This document shows positions 17,909 to 28,106 of a DNA stretch of 64,000 bases, piece after piece (within the stretch, counting starts at the first letter, position 1; each line of letters starts with the position of its first letter). Origin of the DNA: a virus (lineage: Duplodnaviria; Caudoviricetes); IMG/VR virus record IMGVR_UViG_3300014697_000001, positions 128,001 to 192,000 of that record. The stretch is one strand, 5' to 3'. The position numbers and the translations under genes are program-made. The notes under the pieces are model-generated. The model was not told where the DNA came from. It did not search any database and saw only the letters and a program-made list of their open reading frames with translations.

Positions 17909-19264
17909 TTACAGCTGAGGTTCGCCAGCGGCGCTACCATCTGTTACAGTGGCGTCATTATACGAGTACTTACTGGTCACGATCAGTTGGAACCGGTCGA
18001 GGTTGTATGCCACGTACAGGACACCATCCCGAATCAGTCGAGTAAACTTGACAGGCACGGCCGAATCAGGAGTCATTTCCTCTGCAACGGCAAGTAGTTC
18101 AATCAACGCCAGTACGAACCGGCGGGTCTCAGGCGACATCCGCCCGAAGTCCGTGGTCGTGGTGTCAATGTTGATGTAATCGCTGTAACGCTGAACAAAC
18201 GACCGGATACCGTCGCGGTTGTGAGGACCGCCGGCGACCATGACAGTGACCGCCTTGAAAGCAGCCCCAAAGACTTCAGCATTAGCTTCAAGGTACTCGG
18301 GGGTATAACCCTCACCTTTGACCAGTTTCTTAAGCTGTGCGATACCTGCCAGTGCATTGGTCACCGAGCTGTAAAGGCCCGATTCCAGTTCACGGTTGGT
18401 GATCGAGTAGTTGCCCCAGAGCGGAACGAAGACGAACTCGGTGGAGGTGAAGATCTCCGGGAAGAGTTTAGCCCATTCGTCTTTGGTGTGGTCGCTGTGA
18501 CTGAGGATGTAGTCGCGAATGGCTTCCTTGATCGCATCGATGTTACGACCGGCGATACCGTGAATGATGACTGACCAGTAGGTCTTAATCCGACGACTGA
18601 CATCCAACGGTGCTACAGGATCGAACCACTCGAACATCTCACCTTGCAGGTAGGTCTCAGGATAACCCTCTTTGGCCGCCATGATCTTCTCGACTACAAG
18701 GTCGTGAGTCATGTCTGTCAGAGCAGTCTGTACCGCCGTGCGACCTAGGAAGAACACATCGAGGTCTTCTACAGGTGGGACGATCTTGATCTCGTATTCG
18801 TCGAACTGCTGCTCAAAGACCTCAGTGGCGTACCAAAGCTTATATTGCTTGGTATCATCTGCCTGGTCACGGACCTCGATAACACCAGGCAGCCAGATGT
18901 TCTGGCCGGCCTCAACCATGGCCCCAACGGACCAGAGACTGTACTGGGTACCGAACTGAAGAATGAAAGCCGTGCGGAAGGATTCAGTGCTAGGCGTGAA
19001 AGTGCCAGCAAGCGCTTGCTCGTATGCCCATTTGTTGATCAGTAGCAGTTTACCGGCGAGTACCGGGTCGACCTGCTGGTTCACGCCATCCTGGGTGCTA
19101 GAGAAAACCACCAGCGTGTGACCAGCAGCAGCTGCTGTGTTGAGGTATTCCTTCTCACGGGCATAGGTCAACGCCATGGGGGAGAGTTCACCCACCGGAG
19201 CCACTTGAGCCTGCGTGTTGTCGATCAAGGCCGAAATGACACTGAATGCCTTTAGCTTATACAT
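17909..19264 (-). CDS. conserved virion structural protein
   Basis: 451-aa ORF, GGAG RBS, upstream TATG; N-terminus (MYKLKAF...APVGELS..ALTYARE) resembles phiKZ-like virion proteins. Confidence 0.65.
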   Translation of the reverse strand: MYKLKAFSVISALIDNTQAQVAPVGELSPMALTYAREKEYLNTAAAAGHTLVVFSSTQDGVNQQVDPVLAGKLLLINKWAYEQALAGTFTPSTESFRTAFILQFGTQYSLWSVGAMVEAGQNIWLPGVIEVRDQADDTKQYKLWYATEVFEQQFDEYEIKIVPPVEDLDVFFLGRTAVQTALTDMTHDLVVEKIMAAKEGYPETYLQGEMFEWFDPVAPLDVSRRIKTYWSVIIHGIAGRNIDAIKEAIRDYILSHSDHTKDEWAKLFPEIFTSTEFVFVPLWGNYSITNRELESGLYSSVTNALAGIAQLKKLVKGEGYTPEYLEANAEVFGAAFKAVTVMVAGGPHNRDGIRSFVQRYSDYINIDTTTTDFGRMSPETRRFVLALIELLAVAEEMTPDSAVPVKFTRLIRDGVLYVAYNLDRFQLIVTSKYSYNDATVTDGSAAGEPQL

Positions 19265-19335
19265 GTTAATCTCCCGCCCAGGGGCGTAATTTATGAAGGT
19301 CGATTAAGACAAACGATCATATCATTTCTTGGAAT

Positions 19336-19809
19336 ATGCCCATGCCCATAGCCATGCTATTCAAATTGGCAAAGGCCCTGTTCTTGTTCATCAGGGAGAT
19401 GTGGCTGCGCGACCGTACGTTTCGACAGTTCATCCATCAGAACTTGTCGCTTATCGTGATGTCGATGGGCTTTGTAATCATGTCCGTGTTCTTTGTTCAC
19501 GTCTACATGATCGTCAAAGACCAAGAAGCGCAGATTTCACAATACCAATTTGAAAATTCACGTTTGAAACACATTTATGACACCGAGGTGCCTCTACTTC
19601 GTGAGCAGGTAGCACTATACAAGTCTCGCTATCTCGAGGCCGTAGCGGCCGCTTCTCACGCCGCTGACCCGCCACCACCGCCTGAGCCTAAGCGCACCCC
19701 AGGAAAGCCGCTTAGCCCACCTCCAACCCCTACCACTACCGATAAACCCGTCCTGACTCGCGGTCCTTCTACGGACTTAGTCGAGAGATGGAAACGACTC
19801 CGTCAATAG
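19336..19809 (+). CDS. membrane-anchored coiled-coil protein, candidate i-spanin
   Basis: One TM segment (LSLIVMSMGFVIMSVFFVHVYMIV), helical region, Pro-rich tail. Confidence 0.45.
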   Translation: MPMPIAMLFKLAKALFLFIREMWLRDRTFRQFIHQNLSLIVMSMGFVIMSVFFVHVYMIVKDQEAQISQYQFENSRLKHIYDTEVPLLREQVALYKSRYLEAVAAASHAADPPPPPEPKRTPGKPLSPPPTPTTTDKPVLTRGPSTDLVERWKRLRQ

Positions 19810-19817
19810 GTTAATTC

Positions 19818-20174
19818 ATGTCAAACACTCATACATCTCGAGGTGGCCGTTTCGTAGGTTTATTCTGGTTAATGGTCAGTCTCGGCTCCTGCTCAGTGGT
19901 CCAGTACAACATCACCAATAATCAGGCCTTTGGTCTGCAGCAAATTGTCGATGATGAGAGCGGTTGCCACAAGTTCGAACGCACCATACGACTAGGGCAT
20001 CACAAACCTGTGGTGCCTGATATAGACATCTCCAAGGTGTCAACCGAACAGCTTAATTATGTCCTTCTCACCTTGACGGAGGATCTGGTGGTCTTCATTG
20101 AAAATGAGGAAGCCTTTTTGAAACAGGACATTGCCCGTCATCAGGACAAGTGTCAACGTAACCACTCCAGGTAA
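19818..20174 (+). CDS. lipoprotein, candidate o-spanin
   Basis: Signal peptide ending in lipobox-like LGSC; two further Cys; follows the TM protein. Confidence 0.45.
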   Translation: MSNTHTSRGGRFVGLFWLMVSLGSCSVVQYNITNNQAFGLQQIVDDESGCHKFERTIRLGHHKPVVPDIDISKVSTEQLNYVLLTLTEDLVVFIENEEAFLKQDIARHQDKCQRNHSR

Positions 20175-20273
20175 GATGGTGTTTTTCAAAAAGGATCTTA
20201 GATATTAGATGGAGCAGCTATGGATCGCCAACACCAACATAATCATCATCATCATCTCGAAGGTTCAGCAGTC

Positions 20274-21764
20274 ATGTCGGGAGTAAAAGAATCGGAATCC
20301 ATTCCAGCGTGCAAGGGGGTTTTGTACGCCGACGGTGGGTTCTACAGTACTGAGAAGGCAGGCGGATGGGGTGTGCACGGCTACGTCTACAGCGTAGACA
20401 GCCTTCCGACTAAAGGGAGTGGTCATCCTAAATCCACCCCTACTGCAAATGGATACAGCGAGACCAAAGCTGAGGACAAGGCGGTCAATGTCCTTAACTA
20501 CGTCGATACGTTCGGTGGCGTACCTAAGGCTAAAGACAACAATCACACGGAGCTGATTGCTGCTCGACAGGCGTTGGAATATGCACTGGAAAAGGGATTA
20601 AGCCACACCCTTATTTACTCGGATTCAGCTTACGTGGTCAAAGGGGTCAACGAGTACCTCGACCGCTGGAAGCAAAATGGCTGGCGCACCCGTGCCGGTG
20701 AAGACATCGCCTGCAAGGAAGATTGGCTTAAAGTTGATTCCTTGCTAAACCGTCACAAAGACCTGAACAATGAAGTCCAGCTCGCGTGGATCAAGGGTCA
20801 CAACGGCCATACTGGTAATGAGATGGCCGATCAATGGGCAGGTAAAGGTAACTGCATCGGCGTCAATGGCTACAGCCTGACCTACAAGCTCGAACAGAAG
20901 CCCGAAGGGTATTGGAAATCAGCAGTGAACCATAACCGACTCCTGGACCAACCTAAATGGTACTTTAGTTCCGACCAGACCGATCGTCGTATCAGTGCCT
21001 GTGGCCGTCATGTGTACTGGACAGGCCAGCACGGCGACGACGAAGACGTGGCCAAGCCACAGTCTGATTCATCCAACGCTGTCCTTTATCTCAAGGAGAA
21101 GATTGAGGTTCTGGAAAAGGTTCGCGCGCATTTCATCGAGCAGGATACCCATCAAGTGGGACACCTTTTTGTCGGTGTCCTGCGCAACATCCTAACCGCC
21201 GCTATTGCCGAGGACATTACCCGTTTTGGCATGTCGGTCTTTCGCAAGAACAAGGCCAACATGGGACTTGTGAGTCAGAAGAAATTGCCGGTGATTCACC
21301 ATGTCACTCCAACCGGTCTGGCGTATTACAACGTCGAGAACCTGGAGAACATGACCACCATCCTCAATCAGTTTCTCGATGGCGACAAGTCCCTTATCAC
21401 GACCGATCTGACTGACCTACTATATGAAGCCGCGGAAAAAAAGGGTGTAAAGTCGTTAAAGCTTCGCAAAGAAATCACCAACACGGTGAAACACCTCGAT
21501 GTGAACGTCAACTTCAATACATCCTTTGCCCGTGAGCTGAGGGCGATGGAAGAGGTCCCGGTTGAACGCACCAAGGTACGTTTGATCATGGGTTCTGACA
21601 TCATCGGACGCAATGCCCTATCGGCGCTTGGTGACAGCGTCCAACGCGTGACAGTCCTTACCTGGCGTGAATCTGAAACAGTGATTCGTTATGCGACGGT
21701 CATTGAGACGGAACACGATATCGGACTGTGGGCAAACCCGTTCGGCAACTTTAAACTGGTATGA
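20274..21764 (+). CDS. rnhA: ribonuclease HI with C-terminal extension (phiKZ gp155-like)
   Basis: YADGG, GGWG, NNHTEL, YSDSAYV, W..NGW, WIKGHNGHTGNEMADQWA. Confidence 0.9.
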   Translation: MSGVKESESIPACKGVLYADGGFYSTEKAGGWGVHGYVYSVDSLPTKGSGHPKSTPTANGYSETKAEDKAVNVLNYVDTFGGVPKAKDNNHTELIAARQALEYALEKGLSHTLIYSDSAYVVKGVNEYLDRWKQNGWRTRAGEDIACKEDWLKVDSLLNRHKDLNNEVQLAWIKGHNGHTGNEMADQWAGKGNCIGVNGYSLTYKLEQKPEGYWKSAVNHNRLLDQPKWYFSSDQTDRRISACGRHVYWTGQHGDDEDVAKPQSDSSNAVLYLKEKIEVLEKVRAHFIEQDTHQVGHLFVGVLRNILTAAIAEDITRFGMSVFRKNKANMGLVSQKKLPVIHHVTPTGLAYYNVENLENMTTILNQFLDGDKSLITTDLTDLLYEAAEKKGVKSLKLRKEITNTVKHLDVNVNFNTSFARELRAMEEVPVERTKVRLIMGSDIIGRNALSALGDSVQRVTVLTWRESETVIRYATVIETEHDIGLWANPFGNFKLV

Positions 21765-22162
21765 TAAACATAGAGGCTTCTATGTATAGATCTGTTGCGA
21801 TTAATCAGTCCTACGGATTTTGGCCCACGCTTAAACGCACGCTGTTCATGGCCAGTCTGTACTTCCGTCTGATCCGTAACTACGATCCCGACGAGTCGCT
21901 GCTCAATGAGTTCAACCAGTTGTTTTACCTCGTTGTCAATCCCCAGTCGTTATCCTTCCCCGCGATGATCTGCCGCATGTTGTGGCGTGAGAAGACCGTG
22001 GATCAGGTGATAGGGTATTGTGAGCGTGACGAACTCAAAAAGGCGGTGGAATTAGTGTATGGAAAAATGCCTCGCTGGCTCAGGTACCTTGATCGAGAAA
22101 CCATGGTGCGTGATGCAGAGAGTGTCATTGCACGAACTCGCCGGCGTGAACGCTTTGTTTGA
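21761..22162 (+). CDS. hypothetical protein
   Basis: 133-aa ORF overlapping the RNase H stop (ATGA). Confidence 0.65.
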   Translation: MINIEASMYRSVAINQSYGFWPTLKRTLFMASLYFRLIRNYDPDESLLNEFNQLFYLVVNPQSLSFPAMICRMLWREKTVDQVIGYCERDELKKAVELVYGKMPRWLRYLDRETMVRDAESVIARTRRRERFV

Positions 22163-22166
22163 AACG

Positions 22167-22208
22167 GCATAGATGGGAGGGACTGGTGCCCTCCCATCGA
22201 CCTTATGC
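22167..22208. terminator. bidirectional hairpin terminator
   Basis: GCATA-GATGGGAGGG-ACTGGTG-CCCTCCCATC-GACC-TTATGC between convergent genes. Confidence 0.65.
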
Positions 22209-22216
22209 GCGATGCA

Positions 22217-23044
22217 TTATTTTTTGATCTCTTTCAGGCTGTCTTTCAGCGCTTCAGAGAACTGACGCAGGCGGTACAGCAACGAGCCGTACGCTTCCAT
22301 TTCTTTGGCAATCGAGAGGGTAATGCCGATCAGTTCATTCACTGCAGTACGGGAGGCACGGCCCTGTTCTTCTACGAGGGGGAGGATCTTGTCAGCTAGG
22401 ACCATGGCACGGTTGGTCAGGTCCAGGGCGTTCTTGGCCGGATGAGCCTTATCCAGCGCCAAAGCCTCGTTGAGGTTATTGTGGGTGGTGGCGATGTCTT
22501 GAGCACGTTCGATCACCGCACCCAGGGTACGGTGGATGTGGTTGCTCTTGGGGTCAAAGAAGGTCTGACCGATGGAGACCATGGCATCGTTGAGTCCAAC
22601 ACTCACAGCACCGTTGTGGCCCAAGCCACTGGAGGACTGCAGCATGTTGGGGTCGTTGATGATCCGCCCGAGGGTGGTGTTGAACGACTTGATCATGGCT
22701 TCAATCTGGACCGCCTTGGTGGTGGCATCCAACAGTGCAGCACTGTAAGGTACCCACTGACCGATAAAGCTTTCCGGTACGACGATGGTCTTGTTCGAGG
22801 CATCGACAAAACCAACCTTACCTACAAAGCCAACCATGTCGCGTGGCGGCATGATTGCGAGGTTGAGGGTGGGGAGCGCCATCTTGCCGAAAAAGCCACT
22901 GGCCTTACGGAAGAACTGACCCATGCGTTGACGCGGATCAAGGGCGATGCCGCCTGCGGCTGATTCCATCGCGACCACGCCCGCCAGTCGTTCAAGGTCT
23001 TCCAGGCTGCACGTGTCAAGCGACTGGTAATATTCAGGATTCAT
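22217..23044 (-). CDS. internal head protein with prohead-protease site (phiKZ gp153-like)
   Basis: N-terminal SLE and AME motifs (S/A/G-x-E); divergent from the recombinase as in phiKZ. Confidence 0.6.
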   Translation of the reverse strand: MNPEYYQSLDTCSLEDLERLAGVVAMESAAGGIALDPRQRMGQFFRKASGFFGKMALPTLNLAIMPPRDMVGFVGKVGFVDASNKTIVVPESFIGQWVPYSAALLDATTKAVQIEAMIKSFNTTLGRIINDPNMLQSSSGLGHNGAVSVGLNDAMVSIGQTFFDPKSNHIHRTLGAVIERAQDIATTHNNLNEALALDKAHPAKNALDLTNRAMVLADKILPLVEEQGRASRTAVNELIGITLSIAKEMEAYGSLLYRLRQFSEALKDSLKEIKK

Positions 23045-23127
23045 AATAGGGTCCAACTCCAAGTTAAAGAAAAGCAGTTTTCCATATCGATTTGTACTAA
23101 CAACCTTCATCTGTCGGAAACCAACAC

Positions 23128-24690
23128 ATGAGCACCAGTCCTTTCGCGAAGTTTAAGAAGGCCGCATCCATTCGTCCCATGTGGAACATCGGAGCACTCT
23201 TCGACATCCAAACCGGTAAATACTACAAAGGCAAGCACGGCGAATCCATCCTCTGCGGTGGTCTGAACCATTTCACTGGCGTAGCCGGTTTGCCCAACAT
23301 GTTCAAAACCGTGATCTCACTATTTCAACTCGGTTCTGTGATGAACCGGGTATCGTTAGCCATCATGATGGCACATGATTCGGAGAACACACTGTCTCCG
23401 GGTCGAATTCAGAACGTCTTTCGACAGTTCCCGGAGCTGTTTGGCACAGATCTGGTCGACGCTGGACGGCTCCTGTTTACCGACGCCACCGTGTACAACG
23501 GTAACGAGTGGTGGAACGTCATGCGCGAGTATGCCAATGACCGGCGCAACGACAAGTCCATTCTGGTCACCACCCCGTTTGTCGATGAGAACACCGGCGA
23601 ACTGATCAAGGTCCCGAGTCCGACACTGAGCTTCCTTGACTCACTGTCTGGTCTGCAGACCGAAGGCATCATGAACATGTACGAGAAGGCCGATGTCGGC
23701 CACAAAGACCTGAACATGGTGGCGATGAAAGGCGCTGGGGCTAAGAGTCAGCTGATCGACCAAGTCACTGGCGTAACCGGAGGGTCTGGTCTGCACATCC
23801 TGATGACAGCGCACGTCGGACAGGAATACCAGCTGGACATGTACAAGCCGAACATCAAGCGCCTGAAGTTCCTCAAAGGGGACCTCAAGCTCAAGAAGGT
23901 ACCGGAGAACTTCAGCTTCCTGACGGCGAACTGCTGGTATTGCGTCTCCCTGATGCCGATGCTCGACGCCGACAAGGCCCCTGAGTTCCCGCGTGACGAC
24001 GAAGACGATCTGAAAGGCGATACCGACCTGATCTGCATCAACCTTGTCAACCTGCGTGGCAAGTCTGGTCCATCGGGTATCCCCTTTGAGGTGGTGGTGT
24101 CCCAGTCGGAAGGACTTAAGCCCGAGTTGACCGAGTTCGTCTACTGTAAAGGGTATGAGTACTATGGGATCAGTGACAAAGATGGCAACAAGGCCAAAGG
24201 CAAGCCCAACTACCGTCTTGATCTGTATCCTCAACAGAACCTAACCAGGAAGACGACCCGTCGTCTGTTGGAGACCGATCCTCGCCTGCAGCGTGCCATG
24301 AACATCACAGCTGAGCTGTGCATGATGCGTAACCTGTGGCATGACCTGCCAGAAGGCCTCCTGTGCACGCCTAAGGAGCTTTACGACGACATCGTGGCCG
24401 CTGGTTACGATTGGGACTTGCTGCTTGATACGCGCGGTTTCTGGCTGCCTCTGGAGGAGAAGGGAACTTACGCTGATATCCCGTTCCTCTCCACCATGGA
24501 CTTGCTGAACATGCGAGCTGGGACCTACCGTCCTTACTGGTACGACAAAGCTGTCTCGGCTAAGGCTAAAGCCAGCGCCGCTGTCGCCAGTGCACAAGAA
24601 GCCTCAGCTGGTACTGACAGTGGCACTAAGCTGACGCCTAAGGCGTTGCTCGATAAGATCAAGGATCGGCAGGCGGCTAAAGCCAGCTAA
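23128..24690 (+). CDS. uvsX: RecA/UvsX-like recombinase (phiKZ gp152-like)
   Basis: Variant P-loop GLPNMFKT, HDSE, FLDSLS Walker B, MTAH; position in the phiKZ-like block. Confidence 0.75.
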   Translation: MSTSPFAKFKKAASIRPMWNIGALFDIQTGKYYKGKHGESILCGGLNHFTGVAGLPNMFKTVISLFQLGSVMNRVSLAIMMAHDSENTLSPGRIQNVFRQFPELFGTDLVDAGRLLFTDATVYNGNEWWNVMREYANDRRNDKSILVTTPFVDENTGELIKVPSPTLSFLDSLSGLQTEGIMNMYEKADVGHKDLNMVAMKGAGAKSQLIDQVTGVTGGSGLHILMTAHVGQEYQLDMYKPNIKRLKFLKGDLKLKKVPENFSFLTANCWYCVSLMPMLDADKAPEFPRDDEDDLKGDTDLICINLVNLRGKSGPSGIPFEVVVSQSEGLKPELTEFVYCKGYEYYGISDKDGNKAKGKPNYRLDLYPQQNLTRKTTRRLLETDPRLQRAMNITAELCMMRNLWHDLPEGLLCTPKELYDDIVAAGYDWDLLLDTRGFWLPLEEKGTYADIPFLSTMDLLNMRAGTYRPYWYDKAVSAKAKASAAVASAQEASAGTDSGTKLTPKALLDKIKDRQAAKAS

Positions 24691-24761
24691 TTATTTGACA
24701 CGCCCGTATACGCAAGTGCTTGTACGGGCGACACCCAAATGAAGATACGAGGAAAACGACC

Positions 24762-25046
24762 ATGTCGAATACTGTAGTGTCTGCCGTCATCGACATGTTG
24801 GCAGACAAGAATCCCCATGCGGCAACGCGATTTACCCAGAACTTTCGTGACAACGCCGCCGATGACCATGCGGCAATCGTTGCGCTCAACCGTTACTGGC
24901 GTGACCAGCTGATGGGCCTTCACACCTCCACCATATCTGCTCGCACCTGCTTGGTCGACGATATGGCGCCACGTGACTGGCTGCGTCACTTTGGTCGGTT
25001 GGTGTTGCCGATCATCGTCAATCACAACCTGCCATCCGTTCACTGA
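24762..25046 (+). CDS. hypothetical protein
   Basis: GAGG RBS, 94 aa. Confidence 0.6.
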   Translation: MSNTVVSAVIDMLADKNPHAATRFTQNFRDNAADDHAAIVALNRYWRDQLMGLHTSTISARTCLVDDMAPRDWLRHFGRLVLPIIVNHNLPSVH

Positions 25047-25056
25047 GGGCTCTGCT

Positions 25057-25764
25057 ATGGCCAGTCGTCAAGAAGTCACTGCCTTCATCGTAGAGTCGCT
25101 GGCAGGTATCATTCCTGGTGATCGGTATAATGCCGATCTGGCCGAGAAGCGCCTCAATGCCATGGGTGACGAGGAATTCGATCAGTACATTCGGGCACTG
25201 GCTAAACCCAGTACCGAAGATGAGCGAGTGCATCAGGAAATCATACCGTTCTACTCCCCTAACCTGAAAGACCCTCGCATCACCATGGAGAGTCTGATGC
25301 AGGTGGCGGAGAAGATTAAACACCCGCTCTTTGAGCGCATCTGGCTCACCGACCCTCAGACCAGCGAGACCTTCCTCACGCCGCATAGCTACCTGATTCT
25401 GGACATGATGGTCCGTCGTCAGGCCCAGATGTTGACCAAGAAATCGTCGATCCCAGAAAACACTCGCCACGTTGACGAGATGACCGGTCAGGTGACAGGT
25501 AAGTCTAAGGGCTCTAAGATTTCCTTCCCAGAGTTTCAATCGCAGCTATCGCAGGGGTTGGAACAGACGCTGGTGGAAGAAGTCAAGGTACGAGCCGGTG
25601 ACCGTCTGGCACAGGTCGAGTTTGATCGGCAACTGATCGAGAACGGTGAAGCGTCTCTGGAAGATGTCACTGCAGGCGGTGGTGTGACCAAGTCTACATC
25701 CAGCGTGGCCAACTGGTTGCGAGGGATGATGATCGATAACAACCTGGATGATGTGGGCCCATGA
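25057..25764 (+). CDS. virion RNA polymerase beta C-terminal subunit (phiKZ gp149-like)
   Basis: RQAQMLTKK...DEMTGQVTGKSKGSKISFPE parallels the RpoB C-terminal TQQP.GG..GG.RFGEME segment. Confidence 0.72.
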   Translation: MASRQEVTAFIVESLAGIIPGDRYNADLAEKRLNAMGDEEFDQYIRALAKPSTEDERVHQEIIPFYSPNLKDPRITMESLMQVAEKIKHPLFERIWLTDPQTSETFLTPHSYLILDMMVRRQAQMLTKKSSIPENTRHVDEMTGQVTGKSKGSKISFPEFQSQLSQGLEQTLVEEVKVRAGDRLAQVEFDRQLIENGEASLEDVTAGGGVTKSTSSVANWLRGMMIDNNLDDVGP

Positions 25765-26246
25765 GTACAGCAGACAACGATAAGCTTATCCTGGATAAGT
25801 TGCTGGTAGCCGTCAAGGATTGGAAACGGATCTTCCTTTCCGATCCGGTCAATGAAGCATTGGGGCTTGAAGAAGTCCTGACCGAGCACCTGGTTCGACT
25901 GCGCCGCATTCGCTGGTATGCCATTGGTGGACCCGTTGCAGTCGAGAAGCTATGGCGCGAATACGTCGAGGTGGAAGACTACACCGGGGAAATGAAAAAC
26001 GCCATTCTGGATTTTTACATGAATGGTGCGACCTACATGTGGCTGGCGACTCCGGTCGTACAGATGCAGAAAGAGTCGTTCATCGGTCATCTCTGCAACG
26101 TGCTGGCATGGGTGCGCTCAAGTCCACTGGTACCCGAATACGTGCGTGAGTACGCTCACGATTACGACTCCTTCCAGAAGCTGCTGAAAGAGAATCACTG
26201 GATCTTGTTGATGATCCTGCTGTCGATCACCCCTGTCGATCAGTAA
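25761..26246 (+). CDS. hypothetical protein
   Basis: 161 aa, ATGA-coupled to the previous gene. Confidence 0.65.
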   Translation: MSTADNDKLILDKLLVAVKDWKRIFLSDPVNEALGLEEVLTEHLVRLRRIRWYAIGGPVAVEKLWREYVEVEDYTGEMKNAILDFYMNGATYMWLATPVVQMQKESFIGHLCNVLAWVRSSPLVPEYVREYAHDYDSFQKLLKENHWILLMILLSITPVDQ

Positions 26247-26287
26247 TCTTTATAACGATACATTATCAAGTTGTTGATGAGGTCCTT

Positions 26288-27088
26288 ATGTCCCCTGATA
26301 GCAGCTACGTTCTCCTCTTGGATCTCGATGCGCTCATGGATACCCGCATGGGAACTCTGATGCTTCTTGATCCGGAGTTGAGCACGACTCTGTCGCCTGA
26401 GAAGTACCGTGCCCGAACCATGGATGATTTCGAAAAAATCACCGATGGCCGTGTCACCAACAAAGCGTTCCAGGAACGCTACGCCAAGCGTGACTATAAC
26501 GTCTTGCGGCGCTCTATTGTCACCGGGGTCCTACCGGTTCTTCTGACGTACATCGCAGGTCTTGAGGAACGTCTGGTTAGACAGGTGGATGTGGCCGGCA
26601 TTCGGATCGACCTGAACATCTGGCCGTACAGTCTGCCCGGTCCCCTGATCGAGATGTACAAGAACTGCCTGACAGCTCTGGTTCCACCGTACGTTGAGGT
26701 GCATGTTGTCTCCCACTCGCCTGAGTCGCTGTCTCCGGAGGCCCTCAGTCGTCAGTATAGTGGGTGGGTCACTTACCACTTTCACCCGTGGCTGGAGCTG
26801 CACAACGAAACCCTGCTGGTTAAACCCATTAACGGTGTTTCGGTCATACTCCCCAAGCTCTACTACAGAGAGCTTGGGGAGGAGGATGAGCTGACAGGGG
26901 AATTGCAGGGGGCTGATCGACACGGGCTACTGGAGCTGGTGATGGAAGATTACATTCACCTGGAGCATATCCCGGTAAGTGATTTTAGCTTCATCATCCC
27001 CGGCACCTATCGTCTACCGGAAGATCAGTCGTCACCGGTCAAACGCGAGGCTTCAGAGGCTTCTACCGAAGTCACGAAGTCATCGTAG
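26288..27088 (+). CDS. conserved hypothetical protein, HAD-like DxD start
   Basis: LLLDLDALMDTR near the N-terminus; GAGG RBS. Confidence 0.6.
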   Translation: MSPDSSYVLLLDLDALMDTRMGTLMLLDPELSTTLSPEKYRARTMDDFEKITDGRVTNKAFQERYAKRDYNVLRRSIVTGVLPVLLTYIAGLEERLVRQVDVAGIRIDLNIWPYSLPGPLIEMYKNCLTALVPPYVEVHVVSHSPESLSPEALSRQYSGWVTYHFHPWLELHNETLLVKPINGVSVILPKLYYRELGEEDELTGELQGADRHGLLELVMEDYIHLEHIPVSDFSFIIPGTYRLPEDQSSPVKREASEASTEVTKSS

Positions 27089-27540
27089 TTTACCGGTTGT
27101 GTACCTTGGGTTGTTACGTCAGGCACCAGCACCGGAGCGGGTAATTCCGCCTCCGGTCGCTGGACCGGCGGTATCGACTGGCCAGTTGCCAGATCGAGAA
27201 GGAACGGGTTCTTCCCACCGAGCATACGCAGCAACTCATTCTGGGCTTGCGCCAGGCGTTCAGACTCGCTGACCTGCCGCTCATCGACATCGATCTTGCG
27301 GGTAGTCAGGGCAGCTTGGTCAAGGTCACGCAGGACCTGCAAGAGGGTGTTCGAATCTTTATCGACGCTCGGAACGCCACTCTTGAGGTGTTTCTGAACC
27401 ATCGCCAGGCGGATGCTCTGGGTGGTCTTGATGACATCAGATGGGTCGACCGATGCACTGATGTTCATCGGCATCTCGGTCAGATATTCGGCATCAGTAA
27501 CAGGCATCAGATCCCCTTCGAGGGGATTTATCTCGGACAT
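27025..27540 (-). CDS. hypothetical protein
   Basis: GGAG RBS before ATG 27540; convergent overlap with the previous gene. Confidence 0.6.
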   Translation of the reverse strand: MSEINPLEGDLMPVTDAEYLTEMPMNISASVDPSDVIKTTQSIRLAMVQKHLKSGVPSVDKDSNTLLQVLRDLDQAALTTRKIDVDERQVSESERLAQAQNELLRMLGGKNPFLLDLATGQSIPPVQRPEAELPAPVLVPDVTTQGTQPVNYDDFVTSVEASEASRLTGDD

Positions 27541-27604
27541 GGTAAAATCTCCAGGAAAAGACAGTAATCCATAGGATCTTGTGAGAAGTACGTCAGGAAC
27601 CCAC

Positions 27605-28087
27605 ATGCTGACTTCAATATTCCCATGGTGGCGGCGTAAAAAACCAGCCCCCATCACCCAAGGACTCACCATTTATGAACTCATCCAATTTCATCTAGGA
27701 GAACTCCATGAACTGAACCTGAAGAAATTCTCACCCTCAAAGGCCCAGTCCACAAAGCTTGCATGCACCACCCGAAACTTAGAGGAGCTGGAGAAATTAC
27801 TCATCGAAGCGTCTATCTTTGTCAGCAAGGGGCAGTATCTTCCTGAATCATGGAAAGGTCGATCCACCCGCAAGCGTGAGACATCGTTAGACCACTACAT
27901 CACAGAAGACAATGACCTCATCCATCCACTGGACTGGATTGAGTTGCAACGTCACCACATCCTTAAACTCACGGACGCTATCCAGAAAATGGATCGAGCT
28001 GATGCTGAGTACTACCAACGTAAAACCAACTTTATCATTGAGGATCTGAATGCTCTGGTTGCGGCCAGTCGTTTGTGTCTGAAGTGA
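27605..28087 (+). CDS. hypothetical protein
   Basis: 160-aa ORF with AGGA RBS. Confidence 0.6.
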   Translation: MLTSIFPWWRRKKPAPITQGLTIYELIQFHLGELHELNLKKFSPSKAQSTKLACTTRNLEELEKLLIEASIFVSKGQYLPESWKGRSTRKRETSLDHYITEDNDLIHPLDWIELQRHHILKLTDAIQKMDRADAEYYQRKTNFIIEDLNALVAASRLCLK

Positions 28088-28106
28088 TCCACCTAGGTAC
28101 TTAACC

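Noticed and set aside
20220-20273. His-rich N-terminal extension of RNase H (HQHNHHHH)
   Set aside because: Arises from an ATC/CAT microrepeat upstream of the more plausible start at 20274; translation unsupported.
23278-23310. Non-canonical Walker A (GLPNMFKT) as a sign of pseudogenisation
   Set aside because: The ORF is intact and variant P-loops are, as I recall, normal for phiKZ-type RecA homologues.
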